IMG/VR virus record: IMGVR_UViG_3300032731_000668
Span: 128,001 to 168,212 of that record
Length of the DNA: 40,212 nt
Source: a virus
Taxonomy: Duplodnaviria > Heunggongvirae > Uroviricota > Caudoviricetes
Reading direction: 5' to 3' (one strand)
Each line of letters starts with the position of its first letter. Position 1 is the stretch's first letter. The translations under genes were made by a program, and so were the position numbers. Positions 28,642 to 37,385 of the stretch are shown piece by piece. Below the pieces are notes generated by a model, which saw only the letters and a list, made by a program, of their open reading frames with translations, was not told the origin of the DNA and did not search any database.

Positions 28642-28741
28642 GGGTATGATATATATTGATTATAAATTATATTGTTACAACTTCATTAGCTTGTAGTCCT
28701 TTTTCTGTTTGTTCAATTATAAACTCTCCGCCAATAGTTTT

Positions 28742-29521
28742 TTAAAAAACATTTAATGGATTTGAAAGATTGTTTTCGATGATGTATTCGTTATATGCCT
28801 TTGCGGCATCCATTTCTTTTCTAAAACACCCTAATCGTTTTAAATTTCCGTTTGCTCTTATTCGGCTCTGCCATTTTAGACCACCGTCTACATACTTATC
28901 TGTGTGAAGACATACTCCACGGTATTTAGAAGTAGAATTTACTCTCTTTTTTCCAAGATTTAAAACCGATATTTTTTTACATGTTTCTTCTGTCATTGGA
29001 GATCTATTTTTAGCAGTTATAGACATATTTTTACGAGTTTCTTCAGTGGGATTTTGGCGTGCTTCGGACATCTTTTTACATGTTTCTTCTGAAAGTTTTC
29101 TTCCTTTGTTTGCTTCAGAAATTGCTTTTTTGGTTTCATCTGAGTGTGTTTTCCCAAGCATTCCCACATGATTTTCAGATATCAATTTTTTAGACTTGTC
29201 TGAATGGATTCGGTTTTTCATAGGAGATTTTCCTCCCCACGAAATATTATAACCATTTTCGGAAACATGGGAATGTAATGTTTTTATCCAATATATTTCC
29301 TTTTCATCTAATTGCTCGATTGTACATTTCTCGACTATCCAAAATTTAAAGTTTTTTTCACCATAATTGTTCCAAGCATTTTGAAAATACATACTGTCTT
29401 TTTTCTTTTTGCTTTTTAAAACATATAAATGACTTTTTTCTCTATTTTTAATGCGTTTTGATTGTCCGACATACTTCTTTTTATCGGCTAAATTCTCAAA
29501 ACAATAAATTCCACTTTTCAT
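28742..29521 (-). CDS. GIY-YIG endonuclease with NUMOD3 repeats and C-terminal AP2-like domain
   Basis: SGIYCFEN...KYVGQS; HSDETKKAIS repeats; SKYRGV...KWQSRI...LGCF..E.DAAKAYN. Confidence 0.88.
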   Translation of the reverse strand: MKSGIYCFENLADKKKYVGQSKRIKNREKSHLYVLKSKKKKDSMYFQNAWNNYGEKNFKFWIVEKCTIEQLDEKEIYWIKTLHSHVSENGYNISWGGKSPMKNRIHSDKSKKLISENHVGMLGKTHSDETKKAISEANKGRKLSEETCKKMSEARQNPTEETRKNMSITAKNRSPMTEETCKKISVLNLGKKRVNSTSKYRGVCLHTDKYVDGGLKWQSRIRANGNLKRLGCFRKEMDAAKAYNEYIIENNLSNPLNVF

Positions 29522-29525
29522 ATTT

Positions 29526-29735
29526 CTATAGAATTACAACATCTGTAGCTTGTAATCCTTTGTCTCCTTCTACTACAGAAAATTCTACCTGTTGTCCTTC
29601 ATTTAATGACTTGAATCCCTCTTGTAAGATACCGGAATAATGTACGAATACATCTTCACCTTCTTCGCGTTCTATAAAGCCGTACCCTTTTGTGGCGTTG
29701 AACCATTTAACTGTACCTTGTTCTTTTTCTGACAT
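29526..29735 (-). CDS. cspA: Cold-shock domain protein
   Basis: [15 protein letters not shown] (RNP1), DVFVHYS (RNP2), [13 protein letters not shown]. Confidence 0.95.
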   Translation of the reverse strand: MSEKEQGTVKWFNATKGYGFIEREEGEDVFVHYSGILQEGFKSLNEGQQVEFSVVEGDKGLQATDVVIL

Positions 29736-29809
29736 TTTTACTTTTTTCCTTTTTTTCTTTCTGCTGTTATTATATTAATATTACAATATTCCGATTAAGA
29801 AATATAATA

Positions 29810-30058
29810 TTATCCTTCATACTCATGTAATCCTATAAAGAAGTCTATTTGAAAAGGGTTTGATGTTATCCCGATTCTGTCTGCAAAATGTGTAGCTGTT
29901 GGTGTACCAGCTAATCCTAACCACCTACCGCCACTATGGATATGGCGTTCAATCATATGCACCTTATACGCTAATGAATTTGAAACACCTGATAATCCAT
30001 TGACCGCCAAAGAATCTATTTTTTCTATATTGGTGCTTAATCCATTGATAATAGGCAT
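29810..30058 (-). CDS. Hypothetical protein (82 aa)
   Basis: AGGAGG RBS; IERHIHS..RW motif; ends GLHEYEG. Confidence 0.55.
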   Translation of the reverse strand: MPIINGLSTNIEKIDSLAVNGLSGVSNSLAYKVHMIERHIHSGGRWLGLAGTPTATHFADRIGITSNPFQIDFFIGLHEYEG

Positions 30059-30067
30059 TTATCCTCC

Positions 30068-30922
30068 TTATATATATTGAGCGTAATATCGAAGACTAAT
30101 GTCGGATGCTCCCATGATAGTTATATCTGTAATAATTTGTCCATTTATTGCTACATTATTGCTTGGTGCAATATAGATACAATGACTGCCACTGTTTATT
30201 TTTGCATAAATAGGCGAAGCGCTTGCGTAAATTGTAAGAGCATTAACTTGTTCGGCAAAAGTAATTACTTGACTAGCTGAAGAAGTTATCATCCATGGTG
30301 TAAGATCTCCAATATTTACGCTAGACATAAATCCGTTACTAGTTATGTTTTTATCCTCTATCGCGACTATAGAACCACCTGCGACAAGACTTGCAGAGAT
30401 TACATTATCAATTGTGATGTTTCCGTCGTTAACCCAAACTGCACTTCCTCCATAGGCAAGCGAAGCCGAAATTACATTATCAATTGTGATGTTTCCATCG
30501 TTAATCCAAACTGCACTTCCTCCATAGGCAAATGATGCCGAAACCACATTAGTTATTGAACCACTATAAACCGTAGGATAAGTTACATTTGCGTCATGCA
30601 CAGCGATAGCCATATCATTCAATGTTATCGAACTTCCCTGAATTATTTTCGCACGACTATCGGTAGTACCATCTTTTAATTCAACTGCACCTATTTCAAT
30701 ATCTCCACTCGAAAGAGATACTGTAATAGAACCCGAAGAGGGAGGGTTGACAAGAGGTACGAGATACATATCTGGTATAACTCTGTACCACTCTTTTGTA
30801 TCTGTTACAAATAAATTTGCCCCTACCCATGAAATTCCATCGACTGGTGTAGACCCACTCATGTCTGTTGAAAGACATTGATAATCAACACCATTCCGCT
30901 TAGGTATAAAGGTTACACTCAT
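30068..30922 (-). CDS. Putative virion-associated protein with 24-aa repeats
   Basis: GDIEIGAVELKDG motif; SAS.AYGGSAVW.NDGNITIDNVI repeats; AAGGAGG RBS. Confidence 0.6.
   Translation of the reverse strand: MSVTFIPKRNGVDYQCLSTDMSGSTPVDGISWVGANLFVTDTKEWYRVIPDMYLVPLVNPPSSGSITVSLSSGDIEIGAVELKDGTTDSRAKIIQGSSITLNDMAIAVHDANVTYPTVYSGSITNVVSASFAYGGSAVWINDGNITIDNVISASLAYGGSAVWVNDGNITIDNVISASLVAGGSIVAIEDKNITSNGFMSSVNIGDLTPWMITSSASQVITFAEQVNALTIYASASPIYAKINSGSHCIYIAPSNNVAINGQIITDITIMGASDISLRYYAQYI
30399..30531. repeat. 72-bp-period in-frame tandem duplication
   Basis: attacattatcaattgtgatgtttcc(g/a)tcgttaa(c/t)ccaaactgcacttcctccataggcaa at 30399 and 30471. Confidence 0.85.
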
Positions 30923-30986
30923 AAAAATTCCTCCTTTTCATTTTCATCATCTTCTATATGAAATAATTCCTCCAAAAGGAGGGAAC

Positions 30987-31292
30987 TTATTCTTCTTTTT
31001 CTTCTTCAAATAAGTCAAGCAATGTTCTACTTGCCTTAAAAACGATACGTTGTGATTCTGGTATTTCTATTTCTTTCTTTTTATTTGGGCTCCATCCTTT
31101 ATGTGACTTAATTGTTGTTACATAAAGTTTAAAAAGACCCATAATTTTTAATTCACTTCTATCATAAATAATATCTTTAATGATTTCTTCAAATGTTTCC
31201 CATATAATTAGAATATCGTCTCGTGTGAAACTTGCTCTATGGGCTAATTCCCGTATAAGCCATTCTTTGTTATAGACAGTTTTTTCTGACAT
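30987..31292 (-). CDS. HU/IHF-like DNA-binding protein (YonN-like position)
   Basis: NKEWLIRELA..., LKIMGLFKL, G.SP.KKKEIEIP....IVFKAS..L. Confidence 0.8.
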   Translation of the reverse strand: MSEKTVYNKEWLIRELAHRASFTRDDILIIWETFEEIIKDIIYDRSELKIMGLFKLYVTTIKSHKGWSPNKKKEIEIPESQRIVFKASRTLLDLFEEEKEE

Positions 31293-31408
31293 TCTTGTTC
31301 CCTTTTATAATATTTATTGATGTAGAGATAAACACGCGTTGAAAATCGTGTAAGTCTCTCTATTATATAAGGAGAACGATGGCTGTCCAAATAATCTTGG
31401 AATTGTTT

Positions 31409-32176
31409 CTATATTTTTTTTGATTTTTGGTATATTTTTTGAGCACTTTCCTTTTTTACTTGAATTCTTTGTTTTTCATAGCATTTATCGCATATTTCCT
31501 TAAGCCTTTTTGTTTGCGAAGACATCTCTTCTCCACACTCAATACATTTTTGGGGATAAAAAGAAACTATTCTGTTCATATCAGTAACAATTATTCCGTC
31601 AGGTGATTCTTCGCCTATAAAAAGCAATTCAAACATCTCACCATGTCTGTTATACTCTGATTTTTTGTTTGGGTTAGGAGCACAAATCATACCTAATTTG
31701 AAAAGATCGTGCTTAATTTTGTTTCGCTCTTTTTTGTTAGCGTGAACTTTGGCTATTTTCAGTATCTCGGAAAAGTTTACATTAAGGTAATATCGAGATG
31801 ATTTGCTATTGAATGCTTTTCGATTTGAACGCGAAATTGTAAGCATGACAAAGCAGATTTTTTCAAACTTGTAGTTTTTTAGTGCACGAATGGCGGTTAT
31901 TTCAGATTCGGTAATTACAACCGAAGTACTAATGCGCAAAGGATACTTTTCACTTTTTTTGATAGCGTTATCCAACTTGTTTCCAACGATAGATTCGTTG
32001 TAGTTGGAAAATTTTGTGTAAAATTCAATTATAGATTTCTTGATTTGGGGATTATTCAAGTTTTTATAGCGAAAATATTTAGAGAGAATCTTTAAGTCGT
32101 GCCAGACAAGGTAGTCGGTAAAGCCGTCGTGTAATAATTGTTCGGCGTATTCTAGTTCATTGAAAATTATATTCAT
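31409..32176 (-). CDS. Hypothetical protein with C-terminal Zn finger, downstream of RNAP
   Basis: 255 aa; CIEC...CDKC; start overlaps upstream stop (ATGA). Confidence 0.65.
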   Translation of the reverse strand: MNIIFNELEYAEQLLHDGFTDYLVWHDLKILSKYFRYKNLNNPQIKKSIIEFYTKFSNYNESIVGNKLDNAIKKSEKYPLRISTSVVITESEITAIRALKNYKFEKICFVMLTISRSNRKAFNSKSSRYYLNVNFSEILKIAKVHANKKERNKIKHDLFKLGMICAPNPNKKSEYNRHGEMFELLFIGEESPDGIIVTDMNRIVSFYPQKCIECGEEMSSQTKRLKEICDKCYEKQRIQVKKESAQKIYQKSKKI

Positions 32177-33132
32177 TTTGTGATGTCTTTTTCGGGTAAG
32201 TCATAAATGTCGTTATACCAACCGTTTTTGACTTTGTAAATTGTATTTTTACTAACCTCTATTTCTTTAAATATTTTTGTTACAGATAGACCATTTTCTA
32301 ATAATTTTAAAATTTCTAAAACTATTTCTTTTTTAGTTATTCCTGGATTATTTGTCCCACTGTTTGCCTTAGACAATTTCTTACGTGTTTCATCTGACGG
32401 ATGCTTTCCGAAATTATGATTTTTTTCACCCTTTTTCGATTCAGACATTTTTTTACACGTTTCTTTAGAATGTGGAGGTCTATTTTTAGCGGAGATGGAC
32501 ATTTTCTTGCACGTTTCTTCAGAAGGATTGCTATTTGCTTTGCTTATTTTCTTACATGTTTCTTCCGTATGATGTTTTCCGGACATAGGGTTATTTGTAA
32601 GCATGAATTTTCTCTGATCTGGCCTAATCATTCCTGTTTTACTTTTTGACATTCTGTTGCGTGTTTCTTCAGACGGATGTTTCCCATACATTGGGTGGTT
32701 TTCGCCCTTTTGTGCTTCGGACATATTTTTACGTGATTCTTCAGTGCGGCGTTTTCCAAAATTAGGGCTATCTTCTCCTCGTTTCCCAAACATAGGATTG
32801 TTTTCACCTTTATGTGCTTCCGACATTTTATTACGTGTTTCTTTGGTGGCTTTATGCCCAGAATTACCGCTTCTTCCACCTTTACTAAGATTATAGCCAA
32901 TATCAGGATTAGTAGAATCATAGAAATTAATCCAATAAATTTCCCTTTCACACAAGTAATCATGATCTGTTATTCCGTCTTCTAAAGTTATTCTTGAGAA
33001 ATTTTCTTTACCGTATTTTTTGATAGCACGTTTAATATATTTTCCAGAACCCAAATATTTTTCATCGTTCCCGCAATGTTTTCCAACATATATTTTTTCT
33101 TTTATATTATTTGTTGTAAGGTATATTATCAT
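32173..33132 (-). CDS. GIY-YIG homing endonuclease with multiple NUMOD3 repeats (paralog of 25938-26726)
   Basis: Near-identical N-terminal domain MIIYLTTNNIK...RITLEDGITDHDYLCEREIYWI and C-terminus YKVKNGWYN.IYD. Confidence 0.9.
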   Translation of the reverse strand: MIIYLTTNNIKEKIYVGKHCGNDEKYLGSGKYIKRAIKKYGKENFSRITLEDGITDHDYLCEREIYWINFYDSTNPDIGYNLSKGGRSGNSGHKATKETRNKMSEAHKGENNPMFGKRGEDSPNFGKRRTEESRKNMSEAQKGENHPMYGKHPSEETRNRMSKSKTGMIRPDQRKFMLTNNPMSGKHHTEETCKKISKANSNPSEETCKKMSISAKNRPPHSKETCKKMSESKKGEKNHNFGKHPSDETRKKLSKANSGTNNPGITKKEIVLEILKLLENGLSVTKIFKEIEVSKNTIYKVKNGWYNDIYDLPEKDITK

Positions 33133-33134
33133 AA

Positions 33135-35858
33135 TTAATTCTTTTCCACATCAATTTTTTGTAGCGAATATTTTTTTCCCAAATAATCTATATCTCCCGT
33201 ATCACTTACTAGTGGGATGAAATTTTCTTTCTGCTTATTTTCTGTAATATTCGCCAAAAGCCCATCCTCAAAAATTGACCACAAAAAATTTTTTCCATCT
33301 CCGGGATGTTTTACATAGCAGATTTCAACAGCAAGATTTGCAAGTTCCTGCATATTATTCGATATCTTCGTGGCTTTGTTACGGATGTATATGTTGTAAT
33401 GCTGCAATGTTCTGTAAGACCGTTCACCGCTATTATTTTTAATATTTGCAAAATTTCTTTTTCCTGTCTTAAACTCTTCATATAGTTTGTACAATTTTTT
33501 AAATTTTTGTTCATCAAATTCATATTTAGATGTTTTTAATAAAGAAATGTTGAATTTTTTACTTCTTGCCCGCATGTCGAACTTAATAACTTTTACTGAT
33601 TTTTCCATGAAACGACACACTTTGTTCATGGCACAAGGACTATCTAACAAAGGTGAATACCTATGGTACTTTTCAACAACTTCTTTTTCTTGTTCTGTTT
33701 GCGGGCTATCTAACATTTCCTCTAAACTTTTGCCGTAGTTAGTTTGACAGAAATTCTCGTATGTTTTTTGATAATTTTTATAACGCTTATTATAATTTTG
33801 GTAACGATAGCGGAAAAAATAAGGTCTTTGATTTATTCTAATACTATTGTTGAAATTACATAAGTCAATTTCTTCGCTCATATTGTCATTATCGGCTGTG
33901 ATATATTTTGTCCAATATTTTGGAAGCGGCACTACTTCTAAACCCTTTGCGTGATCTATATTTAGCCCCTGTAGTTTTCTACATAGTTTTAATCTTTTTT
34001 CGATTTCTATGAATTCATGTGAACCAACGTCGTAGGAAGCCTGCATGGCAAACAAAGTTGTAGAAATGTTTGTGATAAATCCAATTTTTGAATTGAACCC
34101 AAGTGTATCTATCTTCCACAAATTGTTCTCTATAATAGGTTCCTTTTTAGCGGTTTCTCTACTATACGTTATCGGCAGACCTCGAAAAGCGCCTTCTATT
34201 ATTTGTTGCTGATCAGTTGTTGCAATTAAGTCGCCATCAAAGTCAGCATCGGCATGCAGCATCATGTCAGTTCCATGAACATCATAGATAGTGCATCCGT
34301 TTTGCAAATGTTTATACCATTTGTCGGTTTCATCATTATCAACAAGATTTAAAACATTAACTTCTGATCGCCATGTAAGAGGCGCACGCATTGCGGCAAC
34401 TTTAGAAACATTTCTTTTATTCCAAAATCCGCTATAATGCTGCCACTCATCTAAAAGCCCTTTTATTGGTTTGTCAAATATGTACTCACAAAAAGCGACG
34501 GGGTCCGCTACTATGAAAGAATAATTCCCATTTACGATGAGACTTCCAACATAACTTTCTTTAATCTTCTTATTGAGACTTTTTATTAAATAATTTTTTA
34601 CATGCGGATCTTGAATAAGCGAGTTGTTAAGGATTATTGCCTTAGTCACTGTATCATTAATACTATTAAACAGGTTGTCATTGTTATCTACGTCGGCAAG
34701 AGACCCCATTAAATAAAGCGCGGCGAAAGTCCAGTCACTATTTACAGTTTTATCAAAATATTCAACCGTTTTCTCACATAGTAATTCTATTTGTTCGTCA
34801 TCCAGATCGAGTGCCTGTAGAAACTGGTAATTTGTAGTTACACTTGTTTTATCTGTTTCTGGTGCTACTCTTACTACTCCGAAATGGAAATCGTTTTCTT
34901 TACAATTTCTTTGATATTCTTGTAATGAGTCATAGTTCTGCCATGCCTTAAATTGGCTCGTTGTCAAAATAAGATCCATGTCACGTATATTGACGGAATT
35001 TCCCCAAGCATCTTTAAAAATATGTTTTTCGGCTACTTCTTCAGAATACATGTGAAAATCGAATACACACACTAAACCTTTCAAGAATGATGATCGTATT
35101 AAAAAAGAACTGGGTATGTAGTCAAGCCGCAGATCTTTCGCCCATTTCTTCGCCATTTTTGGTGACACTAGCCCCATTCCATCAAAAATGTTTCCGGACA
35201 ACTCCATTTCTTTTACAGACACTTCATTATTATCATCAATAAATTCAACTTTGGTGTCTTTTTTAATCTCGCAGTCCTGAACCACACAAAAATAAGGATC
35301 ACTTACTGGAATTGTCCCGCTATAAGAAAGAGCAAAATAAGCGTTATTCTTCGCTAAGACTATATCGTCTAGTCTTCGCCCATTATTCAGCATTCTTTTC
35401 AGCTCTTTTTCAATGTGTTTGGAGCAGAAAATTACTGTATTTCTTCTGCTATGCCCTGCACCGCATAATAATCTCGTAAACTCCACCCCATTTATTTTGA
35501 ATCCTTTTTTTATTATTTTTTTGTACTGCGATTTACTATCTACCGTTAAAGAAACAATATCTGGCACAAATAATATGCCATCAATAGTTGTCTGGATATT
35601 AATTAATTCTTCAATATTCTCTGTACATGACTCTAATTTTCGTATATCTCGTCTGTTCTGAATTAGGACGTCCAGATAACTTTTATCGAATAACTTACCT
35701 TTTATCTTAAATACAGATAAAATAACTTGATTTTGTGAAATCGATATCAGCTCTGCATTTTTTCGTGCTTGAGAAATACTGAGTTCGACATTATAATTTG
35801 CTTTTTTGATCCTACTAGAAGATAACTTAAAAACAAAAAACTGTTGATTTTTCTTCAA
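33135..35858 (-). CDS. yonO: YonO-like single-subunit double-psi-barrel RNA polymerase (RdRP-related family)
   Basis: 907 aa; catalytic HADADFDGD (DFDGD at ~34230-34244), FDGMG, IRSSFLKG, MRAP, IGFITN, IDHAKG; upstream of HU and the late module as in SPbeta. Confidence 0.87.
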   Translation of the reverse strand: MKKNQQFFVFKLSSSRIKKANYNVELSISQARKNAELISISQNQVILSVFKIKGKLFDKSYLDVLIQNRRDIRKLESCTENIEELINIQTTIDGILFVPDIVSLTVDSKSQYKKIIKKGFKINGVEFTRLLCGAGHSRRNTVIFCSKHIEKELKRMLNNGRRLDDIVLAKNNAYFALSYSGTIPVSDPYFCVVQDCEIKKDTKVEFIDDNNEVSVKEMELSGNIFDGMGLVSPKMAKKWAKDLRLDYIPSSFLIRSSFLKGLVCVFDFHMYSEEVAEKHIFKDAWGNSVNIRDMDLILTTSQFKAWQNYDSLQEYQRNCKENDFHFGVVRVAPETDKTSVTTNYQFLQALDLDDEQIELLCEKTVEYFDKTVNSDWTFAALYLMGSLADVDNNDNLFNSINDTVTKAIILNNSLIQDPHVKNYLIKSLNKKIKESYVGSLIVNGNYSFIVADPVAFCEYIFDKPIKGLLDEWQHYSGFWNKRNVSKVAAMRAPLTWRSEVNVLNLVDNDETDKWYKHLQNGCTIYDVHGTDMMLHADADFDGDLIATTDQQQIIEGAFRGLPITYSRETAKKEPIIENNLWKIDTLGFNSKIGFITNISTTLFAMQASYDVGSHEFIEIEKRLKLCRKLQGLNIDHAKGLEVVPLPKYWTKYITADNDNMSEEIDLCNFNNSIRINQRPYFFRYRYQNYNKRYKNYQKTYENFCQTNYGKSLEEMLDSPQTEQEKEVVEKYHRYSPLLDSPCAMNKVCRFMEKSVKVIKFDMRARSKKFNISLLKTSKYEFDEQKFKKLYKLYEEFKTGKRNFANIKNNSGERSYRTLQHYNIYIRNKATKISNNMQELANLAVEICYVKHPGDGKNFLWSIFEDGLLANITENKQKENFIPLVSDTGDIDYLGKKYSLQKIDVEKN

Positions 35859-35868
35859 AATACTCCTT

Positions 35869-36126
35869 TTAATTATCTTCTATGTAATTGTATAATTTAT
35901 CTACATATTTATTCCAGCTCATCTCCCGCCATATATTTTCTTCATCTGTTCTGTTCCAAGCATCTTCATCTTCATCATCTATTTCGTCAAGATAAAAATT
36001 ATTTATATTTGTAAAGTTACTGCATCCATTGTCTAAAGAGTTATCTAATAATTTTTCCCATGGCGTGCACAATTCTCGGAATACGCATTGGTTACAACAT
36101 TGATTGCATATGCACTGCCCGCTCAT
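35869..36126 (-). CDS. Small Cys-rich, acidic protein co-transcribed with RNAP
   Basis: CICNQCCNQC..C...C; AAGGA RBS. Confidence 0.55.
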   Translation of the reverse strand: MSGQCICNQCCNQCVFRELCTPWEKLLDNSLDNGCSNFTNINNFYLDEIDDEDEDAWNRTDEENIWREMSWNKYVDKLYNYIEDN

Positions 36127-36183
36127 ACTGTTTTCCTTTCATTTAATTATAGTTTTACTATTATCGTTCTTTTCGTAGTGATA

Positions 36184-36212
36184 ATTATACCATATAATTC
36201 TTATTAAGTCAA
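36184..36212 (-). promoter_or_regulatory. Sigma70/SigA-type promoter upstream of RNAP operon
   Basis: TTGACT-17 bp-TATAAT with extended TG. Confidence 0.82.
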
Positions 36213-36347
36213 GGGTGTAAATTTTATTCTTTGCCATAATTGCCATAAGATAAAAAGCAAATGATAAAGTATTCTACAATGTAATTATACCCCCTAATAA
36301 TCGTTTCTAATCAATGTAACTCCTTTTTATGATAGATTACATGTGTT

Positions 36348-36578
36348 TTAGGTAGAATCCAAATTACCTCTAATTAACTTAAGTTCTTTTAGTGAAACAA
36401 GTACATCTACATATTCTTTATTGATCTCAGGATCTCCGTCACATAAAGGAAGAGTTTTTTGAACGAGAAATTCGTGTATTGCTATTAATTCATCTAACCT
36501 TTTACTAGATACCCTACTTAATAATATTCCTCCTTCCTTCATACTTTCTACTAGTTTATCAAAATCTTTTTTGTTCAT
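36348..36578 (-). CDS. Hypothetical protein
   Basis: 76 aa; AAAGGA RBS contributed by the dyad repeat. Confidence 0.55.
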   Translation of the reverse strand: MNKKDFDKLVESMKEGGILLSRVSSKRLDELIAIHEFLVQKTLPLCDGDPEINKEYVDVLVSLKELKLIRGNLDST

Positions 36579-36645
36579 GTGTTTTCCTTTATATTTTTAA
36601 ACGTTTAGTATTATATTTGTTTGAAACAGTCAAAATGTAAAGCAT
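36579..36645 (-). repeat. ~66-bp dyad repeat, copy A (inverted relative to 39022-39087)
   Basis: Minus atgctttacattttgactgtttcaaacaaatataatactaaacgtttaaaaatataaaggaaaacac vs plus aagctttacctttgactgttttaaacaattacaataactaacgtttaaaaaggtaaaggaaaacac. Confidence 0.8.
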
Positions 36646-36771
36646 ACTTGTCCTTTTATGTTTTAAATAATTTGTATTATAATCGATTACTTTAGTCGAA
36701 GTAAAGCATTTTCAACTCTTTCCTTTTTGGATATAGTTCATGTTCTCCTGATTATTTACTGTGTTTTACTG

Positions 36772-37362
36772 TTATTTAAGATATTCAATGGCGTTTTGCA
36801 ATATTTTGGGACTATCTTGGGCATACCCTAACATCATATTACATCTAGAACATAATAAACCTCTAATGGCACCACTTGTATGATTATGATCTACCGCCAA
36901 AGATTTCTTAAATTCATTAAAATGTCTTCCGCAAATTGCACAACAACCATTTTGCTCTTGCAACATTTCATCATATCGTGTCGGTGTTATGTCAAACATT
37001 CTTTTTAATCGTTCTTTTCTTGATTTAGCATAATCATAATTATTTATAGGAATATATTTAGTAAATGATTTCTTAAAAGTTCTTTCTGTCTCGTTGTTTA
37101 ATTTTTTCACTATCCAATATGTCTTTCCCCTATTTTTTGCCATTCTTTCTCGAAAACTATTTACTTCATATAATAACTCATCTTCCTTCAATAATAGATT
37201 TATTTTATTCAATCCCTTTGTTCTAAATGTAATTTCAGAATTATTTTCCGCTAGAGAAAGAAGCATATTTATAAAATCTTCTTTTTCTTTATCACAAATA
37301 TATAATTTTTTCCCTATATATGATTCTAATATCTTTTTTAGTTTTGTGTTCTTTTTTTTCAT
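36772..37362 (-). CDS. Endonuclease VII-like (HNH) nuclease with N-terminal domain homologous to helicase C-terminus
   Basis: Q.GCCAIC...LAVDHNH.SG.IRGLLCSRCN..LG..D. Confidence 0.88.
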   Translation of the reverse strand: MKKKNTKLKKILESYIGKKLYICDKEKEDFINMLLSLAENNSEITFRTKGLNKINLLLKEDELLYEVNSFRERMAKNRGKTYWIVKKLNNETERTFKKSFTKYIPINNYDYAKSRKERLKRMFDITPTRYDEMLQEQNGCCAICGRHFNEFKKSLAVDHNHTSGAIRGLLCSRCNMMLGYAQDSPKILQNAIEYLK

Positions 37363-37385
37363 TTTATTCCTTTATCAAAAATGTT

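Noticed and set aside
11208-33132. Group I introns or inteins hosting the endonucleases
   Set aside because: Flanking genes (TerL, portal, MCP, RNAP) appear complete and uninterrupted, intergenic gaps are too short for intron cores, and I saw no intein motifs
33135-35858. True RNA-dependent RNA polymerase or RNAi-like system
   Set aside because: Context matches YonO, a DNA-dependent late-gene polymerase; no Argonaute or RNase III-like partner in the window
36612-36633. Promoter TTGACT...TATAAT within dyad repeat A
   Set aside because: Spacer is only 12 bp, incompatible with sigma70 geometry
36590-36741. Two tiny ORFs (16 and 18 aa) with SD-like sequences
   Set aside because: They overlap the dyad repeats, the start codon is not kept in repeat copy B, and they are too short to support
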